This document shows, piece after piece, positions 18,160 to 28,998 of a DNA stretch of 64,000 nt. How positions within the stretch are numbered: position 1 is the stretch's first letter; every line of letters begins with the position of its first letter. Below the pieces are notes generated by a model. That model was not told the DNA's origin, made no database searches, and saw nothing but the letters and a program-made list of their open reading frames with translations. The stretch covers positions 77,564 through 141,563 of the forward strand of contig CALVOZ010000004.1 in assembly GCA_944350495.1 (NCBI GenBank), in the 5' to 3' direction. This DNA comes from an uncultured Bacilli bacterium. Its GTDB lineage: Bacteria; Bacillota_I; Bacilli_A; RF39; UBA660. A program made the translations under genes and the position numbers.

Positions 18160-19251
18160 TTACTTTCTTCTACTAGGAATAAATGGTATTTTTCTTCTAA
18201 TCATACCTGGTACTTTTTCTAATGTAGAAGAAATTTCGTCATATATTTCAGCACTTTCTAAGTAGAACTGTTCTAATAAATCCTCGTTATCACGACACAT
18301 TTTTAACGTTTCTAAATATATTCTTCGATATTCTTGCATATCAATAGTGGGCATTTTTAATGTTTCATTAATTTCTCTCAAACTTGAATTTTTATTAACC
18401 ATCCCCATTGCTCTATTTATTAAAAGAGAAACAGGACTATATATCATATCTGCAGTTGGATTATTTGGAGTAACCAATTTTCTTCCTTGTGGTATTAAAA
18501 TTCCATCATTCATACCATCCAATACATATGATTTACCTTCATATCTAACTAAAGTAATCATGTGATTACTAATTCTAATTTTACCTGTCAAGGTTGATAT
18601 AAATTTAGCAAATCTAGCTCCCGATGGATCTTTCTCAACAATAGTAGGACATAATTTATCTAAACCAGCAATAGATTTTTTAGTAGCATTTACAGTAATA
18701 CTATCACTAGCATAACCCAATTTTTGATAAATATCAGTTAAGTGCTCAGCTACTGAACGACATACTCCATATCCTCCAATTACATCTGCACCATAATTTT
18801 TAGGAATATCTTTTAATTTCATTGAATAAATAAATTTTTGATTGCTTGATAAATATCCATTTCTATATAAATATACATACATAGCAAATACACTAATTGG
18901 TTCATCTAAAGCAAAGTTTTTCATTAATTCTGCTGTATTATCAACAGATTGATGATATAGTGAAGTAATCTTTTTAGCTTCTTCAGTTCTAGAATCTAGA
19001 AAAGCTCCTCCCAAAAATTCAGCATAAAGAGATGCACTAATTAAAGATGAAACAACACCGATATCCTTATTTTGACTTAATGCTTGGGATGCTCGTAACA
19101 TATATTCAGGCATTGCTTCCATATTATTTAATACTTCACTCACTTGTTCAGGCGTAAATCCTGTTGAAAGACTTAGTGATGCAATAGAGGTACAACTTAA
19201 TAACAAAACTAATTCAGTTGCACGTATCACTTGTAAATCTTGTGCTTTCAT
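18160..19251 (-). CDS. Transglutaminase-like (papain-fold) cysteine peptidase family protein
   Basis: 363 aa. GGYGVCRSVAEHLTDIY (GxCxxxA core) followed by a conserved His (NHMITLVRYEG) and Asp (LDGMND). Confidence 0.5.
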   Translation of the reverse strand: MKAQDLQVIRATELVLLLSCTSIASLSLSTGFTPEQVSEVLNNMEAMPEYMLRASQALSQNKDIGVVSSLISASLYAEFLGGAFLDSRTEEAKKITSLYHQSVDNTAELMKNFALDEPISVFAMYVYLYRNGYLSSNQKFIYSMKLKDIPKNYGADVIGGYGVCRSVAEHLTDIYQKLGYASDSITVNATKKSIAGLDKLCPTIVEKDPSGARFAKFISTLTGKIRISNHMITLVRYEGKSYVLDGMNDGILIPQGRKLVTPNNPTADMIYSPVSLLINRAMGMVNKNSSLREINETLKMPTIDMQEYRRIYLETLKMCRDNEDLLEQFYLESAEIYDEISSTLEKVPGMIRRKIPFIPSRRK

Positions 19252-19287
19252 ATAAATCCCCCTTTTTATATTGTTGTATAATATACA

Positions 19288-20037
19288 CTAAATATTTAAT
19301 CTTGTCAAATTTAGCCTTGTTTTTAAAAAGATTCTCTCTGATATTAAGTTATTATTAATAAAAAAATAGTGTTTTACACTACGCTTCATTTTCTTTATTG
19401 ACTGATTATAAATGATAATTGAACAATAATATGGATATTCTTTATTACTTCTCTCATATAAAAATTTATAAAAATAATTGTATCTATCCTTATATATAGT
19501 AATACTTGTAGTGAGTAAATAAATAGAAAATAACAAAATTATTAAATTATGATAATAAATATTAATTATAAATATTGATATATAAGAAATTATAAATGTT
19601 ACGATGTAACTATAATAATAACTGCCTATTATATTCCAAAATAAAAAAATAAATTTAGAACCATCTAGAGGGTAAATCGGTAAAAGGTTAAATATTAATA
19701 AGGGATAATTATAATTAGATTTAAAAAATATATTTAGGATAATTTGAAATAATGGTCCCATTAGCAAAATAATTAATTCTTGATATATCGGCCTATTTAG
19801 TTCCTCCCTAAACTCTGTCATACACCCTAATGGTAATATAATAACTCGGTTTATATTCCACTTAAATATTATAGCGGCTAAAATATGACCTAATTCATGA
19901 AATAAAATAATTATCATAAATTCGGTAAATACTTTCATATTACCAGTCAGTATCATTACCATAGCCACTATATATAATAAAGGATGAAAATATAATTTAT
20001 GGTAAATATTTTTCATACGGAATAACTCCACCATCAT
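19288..20037 (-). CDS. M50 site-2 protease (SpoIVFB-like)
   Basis: 249 aa polytopic. HELGH plus LLPIYPLDGS (LDG motif). It overlaps the upstream degenerate-LytM gene by 41 nt. Confidence 0.65.
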   Translation of the reverse strand: MMVELFRMKNIYHKLYFHPLLYIVAMVMILTGNMKVFTEFMIIILFHELGHILAAIIFKWNINRVIILPLGCMTEFREELNRPIYQELIILLMGPLFQIILNIFFKSNYNYPLLIFNLLPIYPLDGSKFIFLFWNIIGSYYYSYIVTFIISYISIFIINIYYHNLIILLFSIYLLTTSITIYKDRYNYFYKFLYERSNKEYPYYCSIIIYNQSIKKMKRSVKHYFFINNNLISERIFLKTRLNLTRLNI

Positions 20038-20533
20038 CCTTATATACTAAATATAAATTATTAGATGCACTACCAAGTAAACTACCACTTTCAACGTAGT
20101 CATATAATTTAACATTAACTGTATCTAAATTACCATACCAACAATCAACACCATCTTCTTGTTCAATTACAACTACTTTACCATAATTATCTTTATTTCC
20201 AATATATACAACTAAACCACTATTAATAATAGGAACTAAATAATTTTCTTCAATACTTAACTTTGCACCATCATAATATGGTTCTAAGGAATTATAATTT
20301 AGAGTTTCTTTAAACACTGGTTCGGTCATAATTATTTTATCAAAGGGAATAGAACCACCAAAATATTTATTATATAAACTGTTTATATAAGCAAAATCGA
20401 AATTATTTTCATATACTATTTCATAAAACTTATTTTTAAAATTAACATCTTTTTTTATATTTATTAAAATTATCAAACTTATTAAAATTGTCGTTATTAA
20501 TCTAAACAGAAACTTTATAATATCTATCACCAA
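19997..20533 (-). CDS. Membrane-anchored degenerate M23/LytM-domain protein (SpoIVFA-like)
   Basis: 178 aa. N-terminal TM, then C-terminal GLVVYIGNKDNYGKVVVIEQEDGVDCWYGNLDTVNVKLYDYVESGSLLG, which resembles an M23 fold without the HxH zinc ligands. Confidence 0.5.
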   Translation of the reverse strand: MVIDIIKFLFRLITTILISLIILINIKKDVNFKNKFYEIVYENNFDFAYINSLYNKYFGGSIPFDKIIMTEPVFKETLNYNSLEPYYDGAKLSIEENYLVPIINSGLVVYIGNKDNYGKVVVIEQEDGVDCWYGNLDTVNVKLYDYVESGSLLGSASNNLYLVYKDDGGVIPYEKYLP

Positions 20534-20584
20534 TAAATTATTATGTAATTAAATGTTTTTAAGCACAAAAAAAGATTAGTTTTA

Positions 20585-21208
20585 CTAATCTTCAAATATT
20601 AATTCTTTATTCATTTGATAGTATTGGAAACAAGATACCAATGACATTATAGCAGCAATAAACAATAATACTGTGTCAACATGAATATTCCATAATTCAA
20701 ATGGTAAATTATTAAATAAAGTTAAAGAAATACCAGTCATTAAACATGCTGTCTTAATTTTACCTGATTTTATTGCAGCTACGACCTTACCTTTACTTGC
20801 CGCAATCATTTTAATTGAATTTACAACACTATCGCGTAAAACAATAATTACCGGAATAATTGGATGAATAAATCCTTGTGCAGCTAAGATAATTAGTACT
20901 GAATTAACTAGCATCTTATCAGCAATCGCATCCATCATTTTGCCAAAGTCTGTAACTAAGTTACGACTTCTAGCAATATAGCCATCAATCCAGTCTGTAG
21001 TAGATGCAATTACAAATAATACACCTACAACTAAATACTTAACGTCTACTACTAATTTTTCATCAATAAATAATTTTGGAATATCGATTCCAAGCATATT
21101 AAATGGTACTACTAAAATCACTACTATAACTAATGATAAAATAATACGTGTAATTGTAATTTTGTTTGGTAAGTTCATAATACTTTTCTTACTTTTTTTC
21201 TTTGCCAT
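20585..21208 (-). CDS. pgsA: CDP-diacylglycerol--glycerol-3-phosphate 3-phosphatidyltransferase
   Basis: 207 aa. The CDP-alcohol phosphatidyltransferase motif DWIDGYIARSRNLVTDFGKMMDAIADK. Confidence 0.9.
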   Translation of the reverse strand: MAKKKSKKSIMNLPNKITITRIILSLVIVVILVVPFNMLGIDIPKLFIDEKLVVDVKYLVVGVLFVIASTTDWIDGYIARSRNLVTDFGKMMDAIADKMLVNSVLIILAAQGFIHPIIPVIIVLRDSVVNSIKMIAASKGKVVAAIKSGKIKTACLMTGISLTLFNNLPFELWNIHVDTVLLFIAAIMSLVSCFQYYQMNKELIFED

Positions 21209-21237
21209 AATTCACCTATAAAACTTTTTCTACTTTC

Positions 21238-21678
21238 TTAGCGCATATTTTGAAGCACTAAAGAAATAATTATACATAATACGACTACAATTAGTCCAAT
21301 AACTATAAATTTTGATAACCCTTTATTGTCTTCTTTATCTAATGTGTACGGAGACACAATCTTGTTTTTATCTTTTTTTTCATGTTTTTTATTTGCTTTT
21401 TTAATATCTTCTAGTGATATTTTAGATGTATAATCAAATACAAATTCATTAAAGTCTTCAACCATTTGTTCATAATCTAACCCTAGATATTTGGCGTAAT
21501 CTCGAATAAAGTATTTCAAGTAAAAAATATCTTTGAAGGCTTCTCTGTTACCTTCCTCAATATCTTCTAATTGCGAAGGTCTTAGTTTTAAGTCTTCAGC
21601 AGCTTCTTCAATAGAAATACCCATACCCTCACGGGCATCTTTTAATTTCTCTCCTATTTCCTTCATGCGAAACCTCAA
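21238..21678 (-). CDS. rodZ: RodZ-like cytoskeleton protein (HTH-XRE plus TM)
   Basis: 146 aa. N-terminal helix-turn-helix (LKDAREGMGISIEEAAEDLKLRPSQLEDIEEG), C-terminal TM. It lies upstream of pgsA as in B. subtilis ymfM-pgsA. Confidence 0.65.
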   Translation of the reverse strand: MRFRMKEIGEKLKDAREGMGISIEEAAEDLKLRPSQLEDIEEGNREAFKDIFYLKYFIRDYAKYLGLDYEQMVEDFNEFVFDYTSKISLEDIKKANKKHEKKDKNKIVSPYTLDKEDNKGLSKFIVIGLIVVVLCIIISLVLQNMR

Positions 21679-21705
21679 TTCTAAAAAACAAATAACACTT
21701 CATAA

Positions 21706-22036
21706 GCCATGTTCTGTACCTTAAAGGTGGCAAACATTTATCTATCTTTCGATCCCTAACTCAGTTCAATTTCCTTGTTAGAGCTCCCCTACCAAAATTT
21801 GGGTTTCTCGCTCGTGGGGTTTACCGCGTTCCACTTATTTCATTTCTAAAATACATCGTCACTATGGCACTTTTAAACCTAATATAACCATATCCTAAGA
21901 CTTAGGTTACCTCGGAGCCGTTAGTTAAAAACTACTAAAGGTTATTTTTTCCCTTTACACGAACACTACAAACATCGCAGTTTGTGCGAGCATGGACTTT
22001 CCTCTACATAAGTTAATATGCAGCGTTTGCCGAAAT
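21706..22036 (-). ncRNA. rnpB: RNase P RNA, bacterial type B
   Basis: The minus-strand sequence contains GAGGAAAGUCCAUGCUCGCAC (P4), AGUGCCAUAGUGACGAUG, GUGGAACGCGGUAAACCCCACGAGCGAGAAACCCAAAUUUUGGUAGGGGA and ACAGAACAUGGCUUA. These are near-identical to B. subtilis P RNA conserved regions. The ends are approximate. Confidence 0.85.
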
Positions 22037-22037
22037 G

Positions 22038-22421
22038 CTACTCTTTTCCATAAATAACTTTTTCTAAGTTGGACAACCTTCTCAATAAATCTGCATTAGC
22101 GCCACTAACACCAGAATCACTTTCTTCGATAACATCTAATTTAGTACGAAGTTTTCTAACTTCCTTTTTTAGATTCATGTTTTCTTCTAGTAATTCTTTT
22201 TTGTCAGCTTCTAATTCGCGAATGATTGATGTCATTTCTTCGTAATCTTTAATGATAATATCTAAGTATTGATCTACTTCTTGTAAACGATATCCTCTAG
22301 CATCTATTTTAAATTCTTTTTCTAAAATATCTTGACTAGTTAAATTTATACGATCTCTATACATCTTGTCCACCTCATCTTTATTCACTGCTATTATCTC
22401 AAAAAATGTTTTTTTTGTCAA
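22038..22421 (-). CDS. gpsB: Cell-cycle/divisome protein GpsB (DivIVA domain)
   Basis: 127 aa. DILEKEFKIDARGYRLQEVDQYLDIIIKDYEE and C-terminal LLRRLSNLEKVIYG match GpsB. It is adjacent to rnpB as in B. subtilis. Confidence 0.85.
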   Translation of the reverse strand: MTKKTFFEIIAVNKDEVDKMYRDRINLTSQDILEKEFKIDARGYRLQEVDQYLDIIIKDYEEMTSIIRELEADKKELLEENMNLKKEVRKLRTKLDVIEESDSGVSGANADLLRRLSNLEKVIYGKE

Positions 22422-22630
22422 ACATTCTAAGTGTTATTTATTAGGTAATTTATACGTATTTAGTTTAATATAATTAATATCATTTATCATTTCATCAAAC
22501 ATTTTTAAAACATGCATTTTATTTTCCATTTTATCACCAACTATAAAATATCATTAGTTAAGTGTTAAGAATGTCGAATTACAAACCAAATATAGCATTT
22601 AAAAGCAATTTATAGTATAATATTTGATAG

Positions 22631-23212
22631 GTGACCGCTATGAACTATCCAAATGGATTACATAAAAAATCAAATAATGTAGTTAATTACGGGAACAGAG
22701 GAATGGTCTTAGAAGATGATTTAAATGTAACTAATGAATATTATCGTGAGAATGATATTGCAGTTATATATAAAAAGCCAACCCCTATTACCATTCATAA
22801 AGTAAATTACAAATCTAGAGATAATGCTTTTATTGAAAAAGCAAGTTTTAAAATTCCATCTACCACTGATTACAATGGTATCTATAAAGGAAAATATATT
22901 GATTTTGATGCTAAAGAGACAAGAAGTAAAACTAGTTTTCCACTAGCTAATATTCATAAGCATCAATTAAAACACCTAGATTCAATTGTAAGACATGGCG
23001 GAATTGGTTTTTTAATTGTCAGATTTGTAACTTTAAATAAAACATTCTTACTTATGTGGGAAGATATTAAACAATTCATTAAAGATGGGTCTCGTAAATC
23101 TATTCCTTTGTCTTATTTTGAAGAACGTGGTAAAATATTAGAATTGAGTTTACGTCCTAGACTAGATTATTTAAAATATATTGAGGTGATGTATGAAAAA
23201 TGTGAAAAATAG
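22631..23212 (+). CDS. recU: Holliday junction resolvase RecU
   Basis: 193 aa. IYKKPTPITIHKV...DYNGIYKGKYIDFDAKETRSKTSFPL...GGIGFLIVRF. It overlaps the ponA start as in Bacilli. Confidence 0.9.
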   Translation: MTAMNYPNGLHKKSNNVVNYGNRGMVLEDDLNVTNEYYRENDIAVIYKKPTPITIHKVNYKSRDNAFIEKASFKIPSTTDYNGIYKGKYIDFDAKETRSKTSFPLANIHKHQLKHLDSIVRHGGIGFLIVRFVTLNKTFLLMWEDIKQFIKDGSRKSIPLSYFEERGKILELSLRPRLDYLKYIEVMYEKCEK

Positions 23213-26003
23213 GATTTTGGAAAATCCAACTAATTTCGCAATTATTCTAGTTAGCTTATTAGCATTCGTCATAGGAATTTATGCTATAGGTCTTTTATGG
23301 AGTTTATTAATAATTGGAACAATCGATTTTATTTGTTTTTTTAAACCGATAAAAGCTGGAATAATTAAGTTACTAAAGAAAATTAATTCTAAGAAAAAAC
23401 CTAAGAGTAATGTTAAAACTAGAAAAAAAGTCAAAGAGGAAAAAGTTGTTTATGAATATAAGGTTGATAAAAAAATAGTTAATAACAAAGAGGTTAAAGA
23501 TATGAGTAAAAAGAAAAAGAATACTAAAGATAAGAAAAAGAAAAGTCATATATTTTTAAAAATATTTCAAATTTTCTTATTATTTTGTTGTATATGTTTT
23601 ATTATAGGTTGTATTGCATTAGGATTATTTGCTAAATACATCATAGATAATGCTCCAGAATTTAAACCTGAGAACTTATATTCGTCTGAACCTACTACAA
23701 TTTATTTTGCTGATGGTTCTGTTATGGCTACTATTGGTCTTCAAAACCGTTCAATTTTAACTTATGATGAATTACCTGAAGTTCTAATTAATGCTTTAGT
23801 TGCGACAGAAGATGCTAATTTCTTTCAACATCATGGTGTCGATATTAAACGTTTTATGGTAGCAGCTTTTAAACAATTACTTGGCGATAGCAGTGCTGGT
23901 GGAGCATCTACCTTAACAATGCAATTATCTAAGAACTACATTGTTCAAGATAAAACAGCCACTGGTTGGGATGGTATTGTAAGAAAATTTACTGACGTTT
24001 ATATGTCTGTATTTAAAATAGAGACTACATATACTAAAGAAGAAATATTAGAATTTTACATAAATGCTGGACAACTTGGTAGTGCATGGGGAGTTGAATC
24101 TGCTGCTCAAATGTATTTCAATAAAAGTGCTAAAGATATTAATATCTCAGAAGCAGCTATTTTAGTTGGAATGTTCCAAGCACCTTCTGCATTAAATCCA
24201 TTCTATTATCCAGAAGCTGCTGAAGAGCGTAGACAAACCGTATTATATTTAATGCATAGACATGGATATATTACTGAAGAAGAATATGAAATAGCTATGA
24301 AAATGACTGTTGATAAAGTTGTCGTTGGTAGTGATAATAACTCAGCAAGCGCAGATGATATTAAAGATGAATATGTTTCTGCTGTTGATACAGTTGTTGC
24401 CGAAGTTCAAAAGAAAACAGGAGTTAACCCTCGTACAACATCAATGAAAATTTACACTACATTTGATAAAAAAATGCAAACACATGTCGGTAAAATTATT
24501 ACTGGGCAAAGTTCTTCATACAAATGGGAAAATAGTAAAGTTGAAGCCGGTGTTGCCGTAGTTGATGTAAAAACTGGTGCTTTAGTTGCTGTTGGTGGTA
24601 ATAGAGAAACTGAAGGAATTGGTAATATAAATCACGCTACTAATATTAGTTATCAAATAGGTTCAACAGCTAAACCATTGTATGATTATGCTCCAGCTAT
24701 TGAATATTTAAACTGGAGTACTGGTACAGTAATCGCCGATGAACAAGATATAACTTACACCGATGGTACAGAAATAAATAACTGGGATGGAAAACATAAA
24801 GGATTCATGCCTATTAGTGAAGCTTTAAAATTATCAAGAAATATTCCAGCTTTAAAAACATTTAAATTATTAGATAAAAAATTATTAAGAGAATTTGTTG
24901 AAAGTCTAGGATTAAGCCCTGAAGAATATTTACATGAAGCTCACTCTATCGGTGGATATAATGGTGAATCACCTCTATCTATGGCATCTGCTTATGCTGC
25001 ATTTGCTAATGGTGGATATTATACTGAACCATATTCATTTACAAAATTAGTTTATGTCGATTCTGGTGAAACTTATGTTAATACTACTAAAACAAATCAA
25101 GTTATGCATGATTACACAGCATATATGATAACTAAAATGTTACAAAGTGCTGCATCATATGGACTTGATACTGGTAAATATTATAATGTTAATGGTGTTA
25201 AATATGCTGCTAAAACTGGTACTACAAACTTTGATGAGCCAACAAAAGAAGCTCATAAGTTACCAAGTAAGGCAGTTAAAGATTATTGGGTAGTTGGTTA
25301 TAATACTGAATATTCAATTGGTATTTGGTATGGTTATGACAAAATAAGTGATGGTTATAATCGCCTTGGAAGTTTACAACACGCAAGAATATTCCAAGCA
25401 GTTGCTAAAGGAGTATTTACAAATAAAGATGATTTTAAACAACCATCAAGTGTAGTAAAAGTTACAATTGAAGAAGGTAATGCCACTTTAATGTTACCAA
25501 GTAAATATACACCAAGTAGTTATAAAACAACAGAATACTTTATCAAAGGAACTGAACCTAAAGTAACTTCACCAAGATTTGATAAATTAGATGACCCAAC
25601 TAATTTACAAGGTCAAGCTGTATTAGGAACCATTCAATTATCTTGGGATCCAATTGCAACACCAGATGCATTTAATAAAGAATTATTAATTTCACAAAAC
25701 AAATCAGCTTATGAAACTGAAAAGAGATTAAGATACTATGTTAATGGTTTAATTAATACTAATACAAAAATATTAGGAAATGTTGGTTATAATGTCTACG
25801 TTGTCAACCCAGATGGAACTGAAACATTAGTCGGATGGACTGCTGATACAAATTATAATTTAACTGGATATTATGGAGATGTTAACATTGTAGTCCGAAC
25901 TTGCTATTCAGTATTTAAGCAAAACATGTCTGACGGTGTTCGAATTACAGTAAGTAATAATGACACGCCGCCAATCAATCCAGATATCCCAACAGAACAA
26001 TAA
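23193..26003 (+). CDS. ponA: Class A penicillin-binding protein (PBP1A: glycosyltransferase plus transpeptidase)
   Basis: 936 aa. GT51 motifs ATEDANFFQHHGVDIKR and RKF; TP motifs GSTAKP (SxxK), SRN and KTGT. Lys-rich cytoplasmic tail with two hydrophobic segments. Terminator at 26006-26034. Confidence 0.92.
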   Translation: MKNVKNRILENPTNFAIILVSLLAFVIGIYAIGLLWSLLIIGTIDFICFFKPIKAGIIKLLKKINSKKKPKSNVKTRKKVKEEKVVYEYKVDKKIVNNKEVKDMSKKKKNTKDKKKKSHIFLKIFQIFLLFCCICFIIGCIALGLFAKYIIDNAPEFKPENLYSSEPTTIYFADGSVMATIGLQNRSILTYDELPEVLINALVATEDANFFQHHGVDIKRFMVAAFKQLLGDSSAGGASTLTMQLSKNYIVQDKTATGWDGIVRKFTDVYMSVFKIETTYTKEEILEFYINAGQLGSAWGVESAAQMYFNKSAKDINISEAAILVGMFQAPSALNPFYYPEAAEERRQTVLYLMHRHGYITEEEYEIAMKMTVDKVVVGSDNNSASADDIKDEYVSAVDTVVAEVQKKTGVNPRTTSMKIYTTFDKKMQTHVGKIITGQSSSYKWENSKVEAGVAVVDVKTGALVAVGGNRETEGIGNINHATNISYQIGSTAKPLYDYAPAIEYLNWSTGTVIADEQDITYTDGTEINNWDGKHKGFMPISEALKLSRNIPALKTFKLLDKKLLREFVESLGLSPEEYLHEAHSIGGYNGESPLSMASAYAAFANGGYYTEPYSFTKLVYVDSGETYVNTTKTNQVMHDYTAYMITKMLQSAASYGLDTGKYYNVNGVKYAAKTGTTNFDEPTKEAHKLPSKAVKDYWVVGYNTEYSIGIWYGYDKISDGYNRLGSLQHARIFQAVAKGVFTNKDDFKQPSSVVKVTIEEGNATLMLPSKYTPSSYKTTEYFIKGTEPKVTSPRFDKLDDPTNLQGQAVLGTIQLSWDPIATPDAFNKELLISQNKSAYETEKRLRYYVNGLINTNTKILGNVGYNVYVVNPDGTETLVGWTADTNYNLTGYYGDVNIVVRTCYSVFKQNMSDGVRITVSNNDTPPINPDIPTEQ

Positions 26004-26034
26004 AAAAGCTCACATTAAGTGAACTTTTTTTATT

Positions 26035-26229
26035 TTACTCTTGAATACTCTTTTTTGCTTTAAATCCTTTTACTAAAATAAAAGACAAGCTAAATAATAC
26101 TATGATAATTATTTTATCATTAAACGATAATTCTATAAAGGAATTATTTCTTTCTTCAAAAGCAAATACATTATAACAATATAGAATAGCAACACAATAT
26201 AAAGTAAAAAAGATATTTTTTAATTTCAT
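26035..26229 (-). CDS. Small two-TM membrane protein, hypothetical
   Basis: 64 aa hydrophobic ORF with no other support. Confidence 0.2.
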   Translation of the reverse strand: MKLKNIFFTLYCVAILYCYNVFAFEERNNSFIELSFNDKIIIIVLFSLSFILVKGFKAKKSIQE

Positions 26230-26427
26230 AAGTCCTCCAACTCATTTAGCTAAATATAATAATTAACTAAAATAAGCAATTTCATTTAAAAATACTTCGT
26301 ACTGATTTATTTTGCACTAACAATTTAATAATTAATAATAATGTCATAATATCACTTCCAAATCACAACAAACCAATATTATATACTAAAAATATTATTT
26401 GTCAAATTACAAATAATATTTTTTTAT

Positions 26428-27912
26428 TTATAATACTAATGTAAATAATGTACCATTACCTTTATTAACTAATTTACCTAATGTTTGCTGTAATTTAAAT
26501 CTCGCTCCTTCTGGTAAGAGAGCTAATTTAGCTTGAATTCCTTCCTTGACCATTTCATCTAAACCTCGACCAAATATTTCACTTTTCCAAATATTATCTT
26601 TATCTTTCATTAAATAATCAATTAATTCTTTACTTTGAACCTCAGAACCAATTATTGGTTCAAAAGTAGATTCAACATCAACCTTAATCATATGAATAGA
26701 AGGTGCTACAGCTTTTAATCTAATTCCATATCTATTACCTTGTTTTATAACTTCAGGAGTTTCTAATTTCATATCATTAATAGTTGGACTAGCAACACCA
26801 TAACCTGTACTTTTAACCATAGCTAGAGCAGATTTTATTTGATCATATTCTGTTTTTGCTTCTTTATATGACTCAAATAAAGAAATAATATCTGCCCTAC
26901 TATTTACATCAACCCCAACAATCTCTTTTAAAACTTGATTATATAGTTCATCGGGTGCATGTAAATTAATAGTAACAACACCAGTAGAAGTATTGACATT
27001 TGAAATATATGATTTATCAATATATTCACAAGAAGTAAAATGATTAGTAATTGTATCAATATCTCTTAATTTATCAATATCAACAACACTTTCTTTAATT
27101 TTATCAATGTATATTTTCTTTAACCAATTATCAGGTTTTAGAGAAGCAATCCAATCAGGCATATTAACCTCTACTTCTAAGACAGGAAATTCATATAAAG
27201 ATTCTCTTAATATGCTATAAACATCTTTCTCAGTTAAATTCTCAATACTAACAGGAATGACTGGTACATTATAACTCTCACGCATCTTATCAGCTAGATT
27301 AATCGTATCTGGTAACATTGGATGAGCAGAATTTAATAATACTATGAAAGGTTTACCAATGCTTTTTAACTCACTAATAACTCTTTCTTCAGCTTCCATA
27401 TAACTATCTCTCGCAATTTCGCCAAACGAAGCGTCAGTAGTTACAACAATACCAATACTAGAATGATCTTTAATAACTTTTTCGGTTCCTATTTCAGCTG
27501 CCTCAATAAACGGTATTTCTTCATCATACCAAGGAGTTTTAACCATTCTAGGTCCATTCTCATCTTCGTAACCTTTAGACCCTTCAATGACATAACCAAC
27601 ACAATCTACAAGCCTAACATTAGCTGTAAAACCATCTATTTTTATGTTGGCACCATTACTAGGAACAAATTTAGGCTCAGTTGTCATAATTGTTTTACCT
27701 TGAGCTGATTGTGGTATCTCATCTAAACATCTTTTTCTTTCATACTCATCTTCAATATTAGGCACCACTAAATTTTCAATAAACTTTTTAATAAAAGTAC
27801 TCTTACCAGTTCTAACGGCTCCTACTACTCCAAGATATAAATCTCCACCGGTTCTTTCCGTAATACTTTTAATAATATCTACTTTTTCCATATATGACCT
27901 ACTTTCTTTCAT
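26428..27912 (-). CDS. spoIVA: Stage IV sporulation protein A (spore coat basement-layer ATPase)
   Basis: MEKVDIIKSITERTGGDLYLGVVGAVRTGKSTFIKKF... is near-identical to the B. subtilis SpoIVA N-terminus, including Walker A. The true start is probably the internal Met at 27889-27891; the ORF track adds 7 codons. Confidence 0.92.
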   Translation of the reverse strand: MKESRSYMEKVDIIKSITERTGGDLYLGVVGAVRTGKSTFIKKFIENLVVPNIEDEYERKRCLDEIPQSAQGKTIMTTEPKFVPSNGANIKIDGFTANVRLVDCVGYVIEGSKGYEDENGPRMVKTPWYDEEIPFIEAAEIGTEKVIKDHSSIGIVVTTDASFGEIARDSYMEAEERVISELKSIGKPFIVLLNSAHPMLPDTINLADKMRESYNVPVIPVSIENLTEKDVYSILRESLYEFPVLEVEVNMPDWIASLKPDNWLKKIYIDKIKESVVDIDKLRDIDTITNHFTSCEYIDKSYISNVNTSTGVVTINLHAPDELYNQVLKEIVGVDVNSRADIISLFESYKEAKTEYDQIKSALAMVKSTGYGVASPTINDMKLETPEVIKQGNRYGIRLKAVAPSIHMIKVDVESTFEPIIGSEVQSKELIDYLMKDKDNIWKSEIFGRGLDEMVKEGIQAKLALLPEGARFKLQQTLGKLVNKGNGTLFTLVL

Positions 27913-27977
27913 TAAAATATATGTTTACAATAAAAAGATAGAACAAAAAAAGAAGTACAATCATTAAAGATTGCCTT

Positions 27978-28805
27978 CTAAAATTTAATTAATAATCTTT
28001 GTCCTGGTTTAATTAAATTAGGATTATCTCCAATAATATCTTTATTTTCTTCATATAAATCTTTCCAATATACTTTATACTTCATCGCTATATCCCATAA
28101 AGTATCTCCTTTTTGAACTATATAATATTTATTATCATTGTTTAATAGTTCATTAACCAAATCTTGTATCTCATTATAATTATATCCTGCTTCTTCTAAC
28201 CTTTTCTTTCGCATATTTCCATTATCCCATTTTCCTTGAATAACTTCTTTAGCAATTTCATTATTAGACTTTTTTAAATTATTACTTTTCTCTTCATAGA
28301 TTTTCCATTCATATGAATTTTTAGATACTTTCACATCTGGATGCAAAAATAACGCTTTAGTTATATCATATTGATTATTAATAAGCCAAGCATATGCTTT
28401 TACTTTTGGTTGATACTTTCCTTTATACCAACCAGTTCCTTTAAATTTTCCTTTTCCTACTGCAATATGAATATGACTACCAGTAACATTACCTTTTACT
28501 CCAGGTTGATAGTATATTTCATTTCGCTTTATCTTTTTATTAATATATAAATCTGATACATCATTATCATGTAATGTCATAATAGTCATATAGTCAATAG
28601 TCCCGTCAGCGTATTCTACCTTCTTTGAACTCTCTAACCAAATTCCATTACAATTACTATATTTTCTTTTTATTTTACCAGTAAACGGAGCTTTTAAATA
28701 TTTTAGTTTTGATATATCAATAGCTAAATCACCATTATGAGAAAAATTACTATTCATATTTTGACTAATATATAAAACATCTACATTAAGTATAGCTTTC
28801 TCCAT
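27978..28805 (-). CDS. Phage-type endolysin: LAS-family zinc peptidase (M15-like) plus C-terminal LysM
   Basis: 275 aa. HNGDLAID (Hx6D) and GSHIHIAVG (HxH) zinc motifs. C-terminal LysM (YYIVQKGDTLWDIAMKY...KPGQRLLI). Its start overlaps the holin end by 20 nt. Confidence 0.6.
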   Translation of the reverse strand: MEKAILNVDVLYISQNMNSNFSHNGDLAIDISKLKYLKAPFTGKIKRKYSNCNGIWLESSKKVEYADGTIDYMTIMTLHDNDVSDLYINKKIKRNEIYYQPGVKGNVTGSHIHIAVGKGKFKGTGWYKGKYQPKVKAYAWLINNQYDITKALFLHPDVKVSKNSYEWKIYEEKSNNLKKSNNEIAKEVIQGKWDNGNMRKKRLEEAGYNYNEIQDLVNELLNNDNKYYIVQKGDTLWDIAMKYKVYWKDLYEENKDIIGDNPNLIKPGQRLLIKF

Positions 28806-28998
28806 TTAACTTCTCCTGTATTAAATTTAAAACTGCACTTATTCCCATAGCAATCGCACCTATCATCATAGATTTAACTAAATCAAAATTAGATAAATCT
28901 GTAGTTGGTAAAACAACGATGATGCTTGCAATGAAGCCTTCTATAAATGTTTTAAGCACTTTGCCAAGTAACTTGTCGTTCAATATTTTCTTTAACAT
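28786..28998 (-). CDS. Phage holin
   Basis: 70 aa with two TM segments and a charged C-terminus. It immediately precedes and overlaps the endolysin. Confidence 0.55.
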   Translation of the reverse strand: MLKKILNDKLLGKVLKTFIEGFIASIIVVLPTTDLSNFDLVKSMMIGAIAMGISAVLNLIQEKLNGESYT